A stretch of DNA of 64,000 nt from an uncultured Gammaproteobacteria bacterium (GTDB taxonomy: Bacteria; Pseudomonadota; Gammaproteobacteria; UBA9214), in contig CAWHCQ010000016.1 of NCBI GenBank assembly GCA_963827755.1, positions 1 to 64,000 on the forward strand. Reading direction: 5' to 3'. This document shows positions 30,048 through 45,836 of the stretch, piece after piece (position 1 is the first letter of the stretch; each line of letters opens with the position of its first letter). Both the position numbers and the translations under genes were made by a program. The notes beneath the pieces are model-generated. The model worked only from the letters and a program-made list of their open reading frames with translations, did no database searches and was not told the DNA's origin.

Positions 30048-31265
30048 ATGCCGGTGCATGATACGGCTGCATTGTCGGGCATAACCATCCTCGGTTCCAC
30101 CGGTTCTGTCGGTGTCAGTACCCTGGACGTAGTGGCGCGCCATCCCGGGCGTTTCACGGTCACTGCATTGACGGCCAGGTCCAGTGTCGAGGTGCTGGCT
30201 GAGCAATGCAGACGCTTCCATCCGCGCTACGCGGTATTGACTGACGCGGACGCGGCTGCCCGCCTGCAGCAACAGCTGAAAACAGACGCACCGGATGTGC
30301 AGGTGCTCGCCGGCATGGATGGCCTGATCGAGGTGGCCGGTCTGCCGGAAACCGATGTTGTCATGGCGGCCATCGTCGGCGCAGCCGGCCTGTTGCCGGC
30401 GCTGGAAGCCGCACGCAAGGGCAAGCGCCTGCTGCTGGCCAACAAGGAAGCACTGGTGATGTCCGGCGCGCTGTTCATGCAGACGGTGCGCGACCACGAC
30501 GCTGTTTTGCTGCCCATTGACAGTGAGCACAACGCCATACTCCAGTGTTTGCCGGATGATTATAAAGCGGGTACCGCGCCGCGTGGTGTCAGGCAGATCC
30601 TGCTGACGGCTTCCGGTGGCCCCTTCAGGACGCTGGAACTCAACAAGCTGGCCAACGTTACACCGGAGCAGGCCTGCAATCATCCCAACTGGGACATGGG
30701 CAGAAAAATTTCGGTGGATTCAGCCACCATGATGAACAAGGGGCTGGAGTTGATCGAGGCGGGCTGGTTATTCGCGCTGCCCCTTGAAAAGGTAAAGGTG
30801 GTGCTGCATCCGCAAAGCCTGGTGCACTCACTGGTTGAATACAACGACGGTTCCATGCTTGCCCAGATGGGTAACCCTGATATGCGCGTGCCGATCAGTC
30901 ATGCCATGGGCTGGCCGGAGAGGATTGAATCAGGCGTCCAGGGTCTGGACCTGCTGGCCGCCGGCGACCTGCATTTCGAGGCGCCTGATCATCGGCGTTA
31001 TCCCTGCCTGGGGCTCGCAATGCATGCCTGGCAGCTCGGCGGGACGGCGCCTGCCATCCTCAATGCCGCCAACGAGGTGGCCGTCGAGGCCTTTCTCGGC
31101 AGGGTGATTGCATTTACTTCGATTGCGAAGGTGATTGAGCATACCCTTGCCGAATGTACATCGCACGCCGCTGATTCACTTGCAGGCATTCTTGACGATG
31201 ACGCCGTGGCGCGCGCAGCTGCTGCGGAATTTATCCACTCCAGCAGCAAGGTGATGGCGCGATGA
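30048..31265 (+). CDS. dxr: 1-deoxy-D-xylulose 5-phosphate reductoisomerase
   Basis: [44 protein letters not shown]; start approximate. Confidence 0.97.
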   Translation: MPVHDTAALSGITILGSTGSVGVSTLDVVARHPGRFTVTALTARSSVEVLAEQCRRFHPRYAVLTDADAAARLQQQLKTDAPDVQVLAGMDGLIEVAGLPETDVVMAAIVGAAGLLPALEAARKGKRLLLANKEALVMSGALFMQTVRDHDAVLLPIDSEHNAILQCLPDDYKAGTAPRGVRQILLTASGGPFRTLELNKLANVTPEQACNHPNWDMGRKISVDSATMMNKGLELIEAGWLFALPLEKVKVVLHPQSLVHSLVEYNDGSMLAQMGNPDMRVPISHAMGWPERIESGVQGLDLLAAGDLHFEAPDHRRYPCLGLAMHAWQLGGTAPAILNAANEVAVEAFLGRVIAFTSIAKVIEHTLAECTSHAADSLAGILDDDAVARAAAAEFIHSSSKVMAR

Positions 31266-32626
31266 TCGATATTCTGCTACCAGTTGTTGCCTTTATTGTT
31301 GCCATCGCGATATTGGTGACCGTGCATGAGTTCGGTCATTTCTGGGTTGCACAGCGTCTTGGCGTAAAGGTATTGAGGTTTTCCATCGGCTTTGGCAAGC
31401 CCTTGTGGATAAAGACCTTCGGCCCGGACAGGACGGAGCTGGTTGTGGCGGCGCTGCCGCTCGGTGGCTACGTGAAGATGCTGGATGAGCGGGAGGGTGA
31501 TGTCAGCGAGGACGAAAAGCACCGTGCTTTTAACCGTCAGTCTCTTGGTACGCGCACCGCGGTGGTTGTTGCCGGTCCGCTGTTTAACTTTTTATTCGCA
31601 ATCCTTGCCTACTGGATGATGTTTGTTGCCGGTGTGCCGGGGCTGCGACCGGTTGTGGGAGATGTCGTGCCGGCCTCGTACGCCGCACAGGCCGGGATTG
31701 TCAGTGGCGACGAGATTCTTGCTGTCCGTGACAGTCCGACGCCGACCTGGGAGAGTGTGATACTCGCCTTGCTGGATGCCAGCCTTGCAGGGGAGCAGGT
31801 ATTCGAGGTGACCGTACGCAGCCCCGGGGGGCGTGACAGTGCGGTCCAGGTGCGCATCGATAAACCTGAAGAACTTCTCGATAAAGGCGGTGTCATGAAA
31901 AACTTCGGGCTGGATACATGGCAGCCCTCTGCAACGATTGACCGGCTGGTCGAGGGCGGTGCCGGGGAACGCGCCGGATTACAGCCCGGAGACCTCGTTT
32001 TGAAGGCAGATGGCGAGCCGATCCGCAACTGGGGCCAGTGGGTTGCTTATGTCCGTGAACGGCCGGACCAGGTGATTCAGCTGCAGCTGCTGCGCGACGG
32101 CGCCACGATCGAAACGTTGCTGACGCCGGATCGCGCCATCGACGAGGGTGAGTCAATCGGGCGAATTGGTGCCTATGTGCGGCTTCCGACTGACGAACAG
32201 CGTGCTACAATGCGCGTCGTCGTACGTCACGGCTTGCTGGATGCGGTACCTGCAGCCCTTGAAAAGACATTTGAAATCACAGCCTTGACTTGCCGCACCC
32301 TGCTGAAAATGGTAGCGGGGAAGGCATCTGTAGAGAACCTGAGCGGTCCTATCAGCATTGCCAGGTATGCGGGCCAGTCAGCGGCAATTGGTTTGGCGGC
32401 CTTTCTCGGTTTTTTGGGTATTGTAAGTGTCAGTCTTGGCGTGTTGAATTTGCTGCCTGTACCGGTGCTGGATGGCGGGCATTTGTTGTTTTACCTGGTT
32501 GAGTGGGTCAAGGGTAGTCCGCTGTCCGATGCGGCCCAGCTCGCTGGCCAGAAAATTGGAATCACCCTGTTACTGGCCCTGATGATGCTTGCTTTTTACA
32601 ATGATTTTCTAAGACTTCTAAAATGA
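31262..32626 (+). CDS. rseP: RIP metalloprotease RseP
   Basis: HEFGH, two PDZ regions, [12 protein letters not shown]. Confidence 0.97.
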   Translation: MIDILLPVVAFIVAIAILVTVHEFGHFWVAQRLGVKVLRFSIGFGKPLWIKTFGPDRTELVVAALPLGGYVKMLDEREGDVSEDEKHRAFNRQSLGTRTAVVVAGPLFNFLFAILAYWMMFVAGVPGLRPVVGDVVPASYAAQAGIVSGDEILAVRDSPTPTWESVILALLDASLAGEQVFEVTVRSPGGRDSAVQVRIDKPEELLDKGGVMKNFGLDTWQPSATIDRLVEGGAGERAGLQPGDLVLKADGEPIRNWGQWVAYVRERPDQVIQLQLLRDGATIETLLTPDRAIDEGESIGRIGAYVRLPTDEQRATMRVVVRHGLLDAVPAALEKTFEITALTCRTLLKMVAGKASVENLSGPISIARYAGQSAAIGLAAFLGFLGIVSVSLGVLNLLPVPVLDGGHLLFYLVEWVKGSPLSDAAQLAGQKIGITLLLALMMLAFYNDFLRLLK

Positions 32627-32636
32627 TTGCCAAATA

Positions 32637-34941
32637 ATGCGTCCGTATAAAAAGTTTACCGGTTTTCTCTTGCAGGTGGTTGTGTCAGGTCTGTTGCTGT
32701 GCGGGACAGCCCAGGCTTTTCAGCCTTTCATTGTGGATGATATTCGCGTTGAAGGCCTGCAACGAATAACAGCCGGTACGGTTTTCAATTACCTGCCGGT
32801 CAAGGTCGGGGAATTGATCAATGAGGCGGATTCCGAAGTTGCAATCAGGGCCTTGTTCAAAACCGGCTTTTTCAATGATGTCAGCCTGGAGCAGGAAGGC
32901 AACATCCTGGTTGTTTTTGTTACCGAGCGGGCGGCGATCAGCAAAATCGAGATCAAGGGCAACAAGGACCTCGATTCGACGGCGTTGCTGGACGGCCTGG
33001 AACAAATAGGCCTGGCCGAGGGGCGGGTGTTTGACCGGTCCCTGCTTGAAAAAGTGGAGCAGGAACTGCGCCGGCAGTATTTCAGCAGTGGTAAATATGC
33101 AGTCAGGATTACGACAACGGTCACCCCGCTGGATCGTAACCGGGTCGGTATCCTGATTGATATTTCTGAAGGCAAGGCTGCACGGATCAAGCAAATCAAT
33201 ATTATCGGCAACCAGGTATTCACGGATAAGGAATTACTGAAGCAGTTCAGTCTGACCACGCCTACAATGTTTTCGAGGTTCACCAAGAGTGACCAGTACT
33301 CGAAACAGGCGCTGTCCGCGGACCTCGAGATTTTGCGTACCTATTATCTCGATCGGGGTTACCTCAAGTTCCAGATCACCTCCACGCAGGTTTCCATTAC
33401 GCCGAACAAGAGAGATATCTACATAACGATTAACATCGTTGAGAATGAGCAGTATAAAATCAAGGTCGTGACGCTCTCGGGCGACCTGGTTGTTCCGGCG
33501 GAAGAAATATATCCGCTCATCAATATCAACCCCGGTGACGTATTCTCGCGCAAGAGGGTGACCGGGACGGTCGAGAAGATCAGCTCCCTGCTGGGTAACC
33601 AGGGTTATGCGTTTGCCAACGTGAATACCGTTCCGGAGCTCGATGACGCGACGCACGAGGTTTCTCTGGGCTTCTTTGTAGACCCGGGGCACAGGGTTTA
33701 TGTGCGGCGGATTAATATTGCCGGTAACACAAATACGCGTGACGAGGTATTGCGCAGGGAAATGCGCCAGATGGAGGGTGGCTGGTTCTCGGCCGAGCAG
33801 GTCGACCGCTCACGTGCCCGTATCAGCCGACTCGGTTATTTTGAGGATGTCAACGTCGAGACCCAGGCAGTACCCGGTACGACTGACCAGCTTGATGTGA
33901 ATTACTCGGTCAAGGAGACCTCGTCCGGCAGTGTCACGGCCGGTCTTGGTTACTCGCAGTCTTCCGGCGTGCTGTTCAATGCAAGTGTCAGCCAGAGTAA
34001 TTTTCTCGGTAGTGGCAAGCGTGTCAGTTTCACGTTCAACAACAGCGAAACCACCTCGATTTACAGTCTGGCCTATACCAATCCTTACTGGACGGTTGAC
34101 GGGGTAAGTCGCGGCTTCGGGGCGTTTTACAGAAAGACTGATGCAGACGAAGCCAACCTGTCTGACTACAATACGGATACGCGTGGACTGGATGTGAATT
34201 TCGGTATCCCGATCAGCGAGACTAACCGGTTCCGCTTCAGCATTGGATACCAGGGGCTCGATTTGAAGGCCAACAGTTTTTCACCCCTGGAAGTGACATC
34301 TTTCATCTCAAAACATGGCAACTCTTTTGACGATGCCGTGTTTAATGCCAGCTGGAGTCATGATTCGCGTAACACTGCGCTGTTCACCGATAGCGGTGGC
34401 ACGGCGATCCTGTCGCTGGAGACGACGACACCGGGTTCCGGGCTGGAATACTACAAGATCAACTATGAGCAGCAGCGTTTTATTCCGCTGACGCGGGAAC
34501 TGACGCTTGCCCTGAAGGGGCGTATCGGTTACGGCGACGGTTATGGTGACTTTGATCAGTTGCCGTTTTTTGAAAACTTCTACGCCGGTGGCGTGCGCTC
34601 GGTGCGTGGTTTCAGGGATAATACCCTGGGTCCGCGTGCATCAATCGATGATGATCCACTCGGTGGTGCATTCCTGACGGTATTCAACGCCGAGGTTTTC
34701 TTCCCGATACCGTTTCTGGACGATGCCAAGGGTATGCGCCTGAGCGCGTTTGTTGATGTTGGTAATGTCTTCGAGAGACTTTAACACCTTCGATGCAGGT
34801 GATTTACGCTATTCTGTCGGTCTGGCGGGTCTGTGGCTCTCGCCGCTGGGTCCACTGTCGGTAAGTATTGGTGTGCCGCTGAATGACGAGGACGATGATG
34901 AAGTGCAGAATTTCCAGTTTACGGTTGGATCCTTTTTCTGA
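32637..34941 (+). CDS. bamA: Outer-membrane protein assembly factor BamA, with an apparent +1 frameshift near 34776
   Basis: POTRA repeats (DIRVEGLQR), VRGF motif; the C-terminal strands W.SPLGPL...FQFTVGSFF lie in the shifted frame 34750..34941. Confidence 0.95.
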
Positions 34942-34965
34942 TTGTACGGGTAACTATTTTGGAGA

Positions 34966-35484
34966 ATGATTGTGAAAAAATTTAATGTATCTTTTGTTTC
35001 TATTATTATTTTTACAGTGTTTTCAGTCTGCTCGGGCAGTGCATTTGCCGAAGTCAAAATCGGCTTTGTGGATGTTGCGAAACTGAGTGAATCAGCGCCG
35101 CAGATACGCTCGGCGCAGATGAAAATGGATGCCGAGTTCGGCGGACGGGAAAAGGAAATCATCGCTTTGCAGAGGGATATAGAGAACCTGGAAGCAGCGC
35201 TTGCGCGTGACGGTGCGGTCATGAGCGATAGCGAGCGTTCCAAAAAGGAACGCGCAATTCTTGCCAAGCGCCGTGAAGGCAAGCGCGTACAGGACGAGTT
35301 TCGCGATGATATCAATATCAGGAGAAACGAAATACTCAGAAAGGTGAATGAAGAAATCGGCAAGGCCATAGAAGAGTACGCGAAGCAAAACAACTTTGAC
35401 CTGATCCTGGCCCAGGGTGTCATGTATTCCAGTAACAAGGTGGATATCACCGATAATATTCTGAAAAGACTCGGCGGTTCATAG
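34966..35484 (+). CDS. skp: Periplasmic chaperone Skp/OmpH
   Basis: Signal peptide, KIGFVDV, coiled coil, DLIL...DITDNIL; position after bamA. Confidence 0.93.
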   Translation: MIVKKFNVSFVSIIIFTVFSVCSGSAFAEVKIGFVDVAKLSESAPQIRSAQMKMDAEFGGREKEIIALQRDIENLEAALARDGAVMSDSERSKKERAILAKRREGKRVQDEFRDDINIRRNEILRKVNEEIGKAIEEYAKQNNFDLILAQGVMYSSNKVDITDNILKRLGGS

Positions 35485-35521
35485 GCAGGCGAGACTCGCC
35501 GGTGTAGCCCGGGATGACGGA

Positions 35522-36562
35522 ATGGTGCTGACGCTCGGAAGGCTGGCAGGACAGGTTGGCGGGGAGCTGCAAAAGGGTGATCCCGACTGCGAGATCACGG
35601 CCGTTGCCACCCTGAAAAACGCCGGCACCGGCGATATCAGTTTCCTGTCCAATCCCGCTTACAGGAAGTACCTGCACAATACACGGGCATCGGCCGTGAT
35701 ATTGAGCCCGGAAAATGTCGCAGACTGTCCCACGGCGGCTATCGTCTCTGCAAATCCCTATGTGTGCTATGCGCGGGCGGCTGCGCTGATCGTACCGCCA
35801 CCCTCGCCAAGGCAGGGCGTCCATGCCAGCGCGGTGGTTGAGGACGGCAGCCAGGTCGACGCCAGCGCCTGGGTCGGCCCGAACTGTATTATCGAGCGTG
35901 GTGCCGTCGTTAATGCCGGCGTGCAGCTGGATGGCGGCTGCTTTATCGGTACAGGTAGTATCATCGGGGCAAACAGCCATTTGAGTGCAAACGTGGTTAT
36001 TTGTCATGATGTCACTGTCGGCAAGCGTGTGAATATCTATCCGGGTGCCGTCATTGGCAGTGATGGTTTTGGTCTCGCCAACGACGCCGGAAAGTGGATC
36101 AATGTTCCACAGCTGGGCAGTGTTGTGATCGGTGATGATGTTGAAATAGGCTCAAACACCACGATTGATCGCGGGGCACTGGAAGACACGGTGCTGGAAG
36201 AGGGTGTAAGGCTCGATAACCAGATACAGGTTGCCCACAATGTCCGTATTGGCGCACACACGGCCATAGCCGGTTGCGTGGGTATATCAGGCAGTGCCAC
36301 GATTGGTAAATATTGCATGATCGGTGGTGGTGTCGGGATAGTCGGTCACCTTGAAATTGCAGATCATGTCGTGGTCACCGGGATGACGCTGGTCAGCAAA
36401 TCGATTACTGTGCCCGGTGTCTATTCATCGGGCGTGCCGGCGCAGGAGAATGCCGCCTGGAATCGTAACTATGCACGCCTGCGACAACTCGACAAGCTGG
36501 TGCGCCGGGTGCAGAAACTCGAGCGCAAGCTTGCTGTTGGCAGGCAGCAGGACGAGGGCTGA
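35522..36562 (+). CDS. lpxD: UDP-3-O-acylglucosamine N-acyltransferase
   Basis: Hexapeptide repeats, IGSDGFG, TTIDRGA, DNQIQVAHNV. Confidence 0.97.
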   Translation: MVLTLGRLAGQVGGELQKGDPDCEITAVATLKNAGTGDISFLSNPAYRKYLHNTRASAVILSPENVADCPTAAIVSANPYVCYARAAALIVPPPSPRQGVHASAVVEDGSQVDASAWVGPNCIIERGAVVNAGVQLDGGCFIGTGSIIGANSHLSANVVICHDVTVGKRVNIYPGAVIGSDGFGLANDAGKWINVPQLGSVVIGDDVEIGSNTTIDRGALEDTVLEEGVRLDNQIQVAHNVRIGAHTAIAGCVGISGSATIGKYCMIGGGVGIVGHLEIADHVVVTGMTLVSKSITVPGVYSSGVPAQENAAWNRNYARLRQLDKLVRRVQKLERKLAVGRQQDEG

Positions 36563-36569
36563 TTTGATT

Positions 36570-36598
36570 CCTTCTCCCCGCCCCTCCCGGGAGGGGCG
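36570..36598. repeat. Pyrimidine tract plus perfect 20-bp palindrome (boxC-like)
   Basis: CCTTCTCCC then CGCCCCTCCCGGGAGGGGCG (36579-36598 equals its own reverse complement). Confidence 0.5.
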
Positions 36599-36691
36599 CC
36601 TGCGGTGAATGCAGATGTAGTGCAGTAAAAGCGTGACACGGATACAGTTGCAGGGATGGGGTCAGCATATGGACAACGGTTGGGTGTGAAT

Positions 36692-37144
36692 ATGAAAACG
36701 GAAATGGATATCAACCAGATAATGCAGCATCTGCCGCACCGCTATCCGTTCCTGTTGATCGACCGGGTTACCGAGTTTCATGCAGGCCAGTCGCTGGTCG
36801 GCATCAAGAATGTGAGCTACAACGAACCTTTTTTCCAGGGGCATTTTCCCGAACGCCCGGTCATGCCGGGCGTCCTGATACTTGAGGCGATGGCGCAGGC
36901 GACCGGCTTGCTGGCATTTCGCACGGTTGACCGCGGCGCCAGCAGGGAAAGCCTGTACTTTCTCGTTGGCATCGACAAGGCCCGTTTCAAGCGGCCGGTT
37001 GAGCCGGGCGACCAGCTTGTACTGCGCGCAAACCTGCTGCGATCAAAGCGCGGTATATGGGTGTTTGATTGTGATGCCAGTGTCGACGGCAACCGGGTGG
37101 CATCTGCCCAGATCATGTGCACCGAGAGGGACATCGACACTTGA
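36692..37144 (+). CDS. fabZ: 3-hydroxyacyl-ACP dehydratase
   Basis: [34 protein letters not shown]. Confidence 0.98.
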   Translation: MKTEMDINQIMQHLPHRYPFLLIDRVTEFHAGQSLVGIKNVSYNEPFFQGHFPERPVMPGVLILEAMAQATGLLAFRTVDRGASRESLYFLVGIDKARFKRPVEPGDQLVLRANLLRSKRGIWVFDCDASVDGNRVASAQIMCTERDIDT

Positions 37145-37911
37145 TTCATGCAACCGCGGTGATTGATCCGTCGGCAGAACTTGCCGGGGATGTCAGTGTC
37201 GGGCCGTATAGTGTGATCGGCGCCGATGTAACAATCGGGGCGGGTACAGAAATCGGCCCGCATGCTGTTATCAATGGTCCTGCCAGTATCGGCAGCCAAA
37301 ACAGGATCTTCCAGTTTGCCTCCCTTGGTGAGGAACCCCAGGACAAGAAATATGCCGGCGAGTGGACCCGCCTCGAGATCGGTGACCGCAATACCATTCG
37401 TGAGTTCGTCACCATCAACAGGGGTACAACACAGGATGAAGCCGTTACCCGGCTTGGTGATGACAACTGGATCATGGCCTACGTGCATATTGCTCACGAC
37501 TGCCGTGTTGGCAATCAAACCATTTTTGCCAACAATGCTTCCCTGGCCGGGCACGTCAATGTCGGTGATTATGCCATCCTTGGCGGATTTACACTGGTTC
37601 ACCAGTTCTGCAAGATCGGCGCGTACTCGCTGACAGCGTTTGGTTCCGGTATCAGCAAGGATGTGCCGCCCTACGTCACTGTCGGCGGAAGCCCCGCCCG
37701 GCCGCATGGCCTGAATATGGAAGGCCTGCGACGCCACGGGTTTTCCGAGAAGGCCCGCAAGGCCCTGCGGCGTGCGTACCGCACACTCTACAGGGAAGGC
37801 CTTTCCCTGCAGGATGCCCTGGCCGCATTGCATGAACAGGCAAAGGACTGTAAGGAAATTGATCTGCTGGTGCGGTTCCTTGAGCAGCAGACACGCGGGA
37901 TCGTCAGGTAG
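37141..37911 (+). CDS. lpxA: UDP-N-acetylglucosamine O-acyltransferase
   Basis: [36 protein letters not shown]; TTG start overlapping the fabZ stop. Confidence 0.97.
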   Translation: MIHATAVIDPSAELAGDVSVGPYSVIGADVTIGAGTEIGPHAVINGPASIGSQNRIFQFASLGEEPQDKKYAGEWTRLEIGDRNTIREFVTINRGTTQDEAVTRLGDDNWIMAYVHIAHDCRVGNQTIFANNASLAGHVNVGDYAILGGFTLVHQFCKIGAYSLTAFGSGISKDVPPYVTVGGSPARPHGLNMEGLRRHGFSEKARKALRRAYRTLYREGLSLQDALAALHEQAKDCKEIDLLVRFLEQQTRGIVR

Positions 37912-37952
37912 TCGGCGCGCTAAAACCTCCGCCCATTATTAAATGACTGCGC

Positions 37953-39110
37953 ATGTCTGAAAGATTACATCCACTTCACGTCGGTATCGTTGCCGGAGAG
38001 GCTTCCGGGGACAACCTCGGTGCCGGCCTGATGAAGGCCATTCGCAACAGGGTCCCCGATGCAGTTTTTGAGGGCATTGGCGGTCCACGCATGACCGAGG
38101 CCGGCTGCTTCAGCCTGTACCCGATGGAGCGGCTTTCGGTGATGGGCCTGGCCGAGGTTGTCAGCCATTTGCCCGGCTTGCTGTCGATTCGGCGTGACTT
38201 GCGCCGTCATTTTCTGGCCACACCCCCGGACATTTTTATCGGTATCGATGCGCCTGATTTCAATCTTTCCCTGGAACGAAGTCTGAAGCGGTCAGGGATC
38301 CGCACCGTGCATTATGTCAGTCCGTCGGTCTGGGCCTGGCGGCAGTACCGGGTGCGCAAGATTGCAGCAAGCGTGGATTGCATGCTGACGCTGTTTCCCT
38401 TCGAAGAAAAATACTATACAAGCAGGCGGGTGCCTGCGCGCTTTGTCGGTCACCCGATGGCGGATCTCATCGCGGATGATGTGGACCAGGCTGAAGCCCG
38501 GCAGCACCTCGGCATCGATCATGCCGGCCCGCTGGTTGCGTTGATGCCGGGCAGCCGGGTGTCTGAATTGAAACGCCTGGCACTGCCTTTTATACAGGCC
38601 GCGGCCTGGTGCCGCGAACGCAGGGCCGATATACGCTTTGTTGCCCCGATGGCCAATGAAGCCTGCCGGGTGATTTTCCAGGACATGCTCACCCGCCAGG
38701 GCGGACGCTTGCCGGTGACGGTGCTCAACGGCCGTGCACTGGAAGCAATGGCCGCCGCCGATGTCGTGCTGCTGGCTTCCGGGACAGCAACGCTTGAGTG
38801 CATGTTGCTGAAGCGGCCCATGGTCGTGGCCTACCGGCTGTCTGGACTGACATACCGGCTTGCCAGGCTGCTGGTGAAGACGAAGTACTATTCACTGCCG
38901 AATCTGCTGGCCAATGACGCGCTGGTTCCCGAACTTATCCAGGACGAGGTCTCGCCCGGGTCACTTGGCCGGGAGGTCATGCAATTGATCGAGAACCCGG
39001 CACGCGGCGAAGAATTAACAGCGGTATTCGCCAGGATTCATAAAGATTTGCGCCGTGGCGCCAGCGCCGCTGCTGCCGAAGTTATTTTGCAAAGGACGGG
39101 ACGGGCCTGA
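37953..39110 (+). CDS. lpxB: Lipid-A-disaccharide synthase
   Basis: IVAGEASGD, IDAPDFN, YVSPSVWAWR, PGSR, SGTATLE. Confidence 0.97.
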   Translation: MSERLHPLHVGIVAGEASGDNLGAGLMKAIRNRVPDAVFEGIGGPRMTEAGCFSLYPMERLSVMGLAEVVSHLPGLLSIRRDLRRHFLATPPDIFIGIDAPDFNLSLERSLKRSGIRTVHYVSPSVWAWRQYRVRKIAASVDCMLTLFPFEEKYYTSRRVPARFVGHPMADLIADDVDQAEARQHLGIDHAGPLVALMPGSRVSELKRLALPFIQAAAWCRERRADIRFVAPMANEACRVIFQDMLTRQGGRLPVTVLNGRALEAMAAADVVLLASGTATLECMLLKRPMVVAYRLSGLTYRLARLLVKTKYYSLPNLLANDALVPELIQDEVSPGSLGREVMQLIENPARGEELTAVFARIHKDLRRGASAAAAEVILQRTGRA

Positions 39111-39113
39111 TGC

Positions 39114-39713
39114 ATGGAGCCTGAACTGTATATTCCACAAGGGCGTGTGGCCGGTGTCGATGAGGCCGGCAGGGGGCCGCTGGCCGGTCCGGTGATTGCG
39201 GGCGCCGTTATCCTCGATCCCGAAAGACCCATCGAGGGCCTGCGTGACTCAAAGCGCCTGTCCGCATTACGCCGTGACGCGCTGTTTGACCAGATTCGGG
39301 AACGGGCCCTGGCATGGGCGGTCGGACGGGCCGAGGTTGAAGAAATTGACCGGATAAATATATTGCAGGCGACGATGCTGGCCATGCAGCGTGCAGTCGA
39401 GGCGCTGGAACCGTTCGCCGAGCATGCGCTCATCGATGGGAACCGCTGCCCGGAGCTGGCCTGTACCAGCCAGGCAATCATCAGGGGCGACAGCAAGGTA
39501 GCCGCCATCAGTGCGGCCTCTATCCTCGCGAAAGTGACGCGTGACCGGGAAATGCTCGAGCTGGACAAGCGCTATCCCGGTTACGGCCTGGCCCGGCACA
39601 AGGGATATCCGAGCAAGGCGCATATCGAAGCGCTGGCAAGCCTCGGCGTGACCCCGGTTCACAGGCGATCATATGCCCCCGTGAGGAAAATCATCCAGAG
39701 AGGTGGTGCCTGA
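39114..39713 (+). CDS. rnhB: Ribonuclease HII
   Basis: [38 protein letters not shown]. Confidence 0.98.
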   Translation: MEPELYIPQGRVAGVDEAGRGPLAGPVIAGAVILDPERPIEGLRDSKRLSALRRDALFDQIRERALAWAVGRAEVEEIDRINILQATMLAMQRAVEALEPFAEHALIDGNRCPELACTSQAIIRGDSKVAAISAASILAKVTRDREMLELDKRYPGYGLARHKGYPSKAHIEALASLGVTPVHRRSYAPVRKIIQRGGA

Positions 39714-39719
39714 GATGTC

Positions 39720-40808
39720 TCAGACCGGGTGCGGGATCGACTCGATTTCCCGCCCGTAGAAGGTGATCCTGTTGCGACCCTCATGCTTGCTCTTGTAGAG
39801 CGCTACATCGGCCTTCTCAAACACAGCACTGGCCGTAGCAACGCTATCCGGAAAGCTGGCGATGCCGATACTGACAGTGGTAGCAACCCGGTTGCCGTGC
39901 GTGTCGAATGATGTATTGTGAATTGCGGCACGAATGCGCTCGGCAACCATACGGGCATGTTCCGTGCTGGTCTGGGTCATCAGGATAACAAACTCGTCAC
40001 CGCCGTAGCGTGCAAGCACATCCGAGGTCCTGACGCAGTCGAGCATGGAGCCTGCTATGACCTTCAAAAGACGGCTGCCTGCCTGGTGCCCGTACTGGTC
40101 GTTGACGGTCTTCAGGTTGTCGACATCGATCATCACGATTGTAAAAGCCTGCCTGTGCCGGGTTGCACGTATAGTTTCCTTTTCAAGAATCAGGTTGAAG
40201 GCACGCATGTTCAACAGGCCGGTCAATTCATCGGTTTGGGAAAGCCGCGCAATCTGCCTGTTGGCGGAGTTAATGTCCGAGGCCAGCATCGAGGTGACAT
40301 AGGCAACCAGCAGAAACGGTGAAAATTTTGCCATCAGCATGGTAAGCGTTTGCGGCGCAATGCCGTCGGCCGGATAGCTGACATAGGCCATGTAGATGTA
40401 GCAAGCGGCGATAATGATCAGTTCGATCATGGTCATGATCTTGCCCAGAGCAAGGGCGCAGGCAATGATGACAAGCAGGTAAAGATTGAGCAGTGGACTG
40501 TGCACAAAGCCCGTATGCCAGAGAACGGCGGTGATGAAGGCTATCATACCCTGCGTTTCCAGTATCAGCTTCCAGCGGATACCGGATGACTGAAAATCCA
40601 GGTAGCGGGATGACATCGCAAACACGGCGTAGCCGATCATGATTGCAATCAGCGCTTCGTGGTTCGTGATGACCTGCGTGGGGATGAAGAAATACAGCAG
40701 GACAAGCAACAACAACAGCAGCTGCAGTTCAAACATGCTGTCTGCGAAGCCCCCGGGTTTCCTTGTATCATTGACCGTACCCGGGCTTTTTATAACGAGG
40801 TTGTCCAT
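39720..40808 (-). CDS. Membrane-bound diguanylate cyclase
   Basis: Multi-TM N-terminus, TDELTGLLN, NDQYGH, RTSD-x5-GGDEF. Confidence 0.92.
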   Translation of the reverse strand: MDNLVIKSPGTVNDTRKPGGFADSMFELQLLLLLLVLLYFFIPTQVITNHEALIAIMIGYAVFAMSSRYLDFQSSGIRWKLILETQGMIAFITAVLWHTGFVHSPLLNLYLLVIIACALALGKIMTMIELIIIAACYIYMAYVSYPADGIAPQTLTMLMAKFSPFLLVAYVTSMLASDINSANRQIARLSQTDELTGLLNMRAFNLILEKETIRATRHRQAFTIVMIDVDNLKTVNDQYGHQAGSRLLKVIAGSMLDCVRTSDVLARYGGDEFVILMTQTSTEHARMVAERIRAAIHNTSFDTHGNRVATTVSIGIASFPDSVATASAVFEKADVALYKSKHEGRNRITFYGREIESIPHPV

Positions 40809-41082
40809 CAGTTTGCCGTGAGTTAAGTGCCTGTATTGCCTGTTTATCGGCCCCGGCGGTCTGAAATTGAATTGCCGGCGGGCCCCTGGTTCGCTGGAAA
40901 TGCAGGCGGCCTTGCTGATAGCTGCCAGGCATGGACCCGGGCAGGACGCCCCGGGCCTGCATGCAGGGACATATCCCTGATATTATTGTTTAATTAACAA
41001 TAGCATGAAGACAAAACCTGTAATTTGAGTTAGCAGGCATATTGGGCTTGAATCCTGCCTGCTAAAGCCGGAGACTTTTACC

Positions 41083-44604
<3,522 letters not shown>

Positions 44605-44812
44605 CAGGGAACGATCCCCTGTATGTCAATTCTGTTGCAGGAGAGGTCTTGCTGGACTTGATTGTCACCGGCACTTCTGTTTCTTGTGGAGTCCATAGCT
44701 ATAGACCTGCATATATTGTCGCAGGTAAGAATGTGAAGGCACCTGACCTGCCTGGACTCGAGAGCAAGCATCCCCGTTACTATTGATCGCAGACAGTAGA
44801 AAGGAAGCAGCG

Positions 44813-45749
44813 ATGCACGTGCATACACTGGAAAGATTGCAGCACAGCCATGACTTTTCCGTAAAAAACCGGAAAGGCGAGCGGCGTACGCAATATGTCC
44901 TGATGCTGACCGCTGTAACCATGGTCGTGGAAATCCTTGCGGGCAGTATCTACGGGTCAATGGCGCTGCTTGCGGACGGCTGGCATATGGGTACCCATGT
45001 CGCCGCGTTCATGATCGCGATCTTTGCCTATCGGTATGCACGCAAACACGCAAACGACCCTGCGTATGCCTTCGGTACAGGCAAGGTCAATGTACTCGGC
45101 GGGTTTGCGAGTGCAGTTGCTCTGGCGGTCGTGGCACTTGTCATGCTGGCGGAGTCCTTGCAGCGTCTGTTCGACCCGCAAATCATTCATTTCAACGAGG
45201 CCATTACCGTCGCTGTTCTTGGCCTGCTGGTGAATCTCGTCAGCGCCATCCTGTTAAAAGACGGTCATGGGCATGATCATCATGCCCACGCACATACCCA
45301 TCATGATCACAACCTGCGTGCTGCGTACATGCACGTACTGGCCGATGCAATGACTTCCCTGCTGGCGATCGTGGCCCTGGTCTCGGGAAAATACTTTGGC
45401 TGGAACTGGCTCGACCCGGTCATGGGAATGGCAGGCGCCATCATCATTACCCGCTGGTCATATGGCCTGTTGAAGCAGACAAGTCCTGTTTTGCTCGATG
45501 CAAGTATCGACGAAGACTACCGTCTGGCCATCAGGGAAGCGATTGAAGGGGATGCGGATAACAGGATTTCCGACTTTCACATCTGGAAGGTGAGCGCCAG
45601 TCACTATGCCGCGCATCATTTCCCTGGTCACGGACAGTCCGGATACAACCGAGCACTACAAGGCGCTGCTGAGCGATTTTCACAAGCTGACGCATGTCAC
45701 CATCGAAATCAACGTATGCGGGGATGAACCGTGTGCGACGCCGGAGTGA
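44813..45749 (+). CDS. dmeF: CDF-family Co/Ni efflux transporter (DmeF-like), with an apparent +1 frameshift near 45614
   Basis: SMALLADGWHMGTH, His-rich loop HGHDHHAHAHTHHDHN, LRAAYMHVLADA; removing one base restores IISLVTD...LTHVTIEIN ending at TGA 45749. Confidence 0.88.
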
Positions 45750-45836
45750 AAGGTGCCCTGAGTGCCTCTTTTCACCATTCGGGTGAGTCTCATGATCGGG
45801 TTATCATGCCATAAACCGCTGACGGCAGTTTCATCA

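Noticed and set aside
40809-40830. CACGGCAAAC on the minus strand upstream of the GGDEF gene, resembling the start of a c-di-GMP-I riboswitch
   Set aside because: It lies immediately before the ATG with no room for the hairpins, and there is no GAAA tetraloop or GACGCAAAG element
45260-45312. CAT/CAC-rich repeat-like DNA in dmeF
   Set aside because: It encodes the normal His-rich loop of CDF transporters
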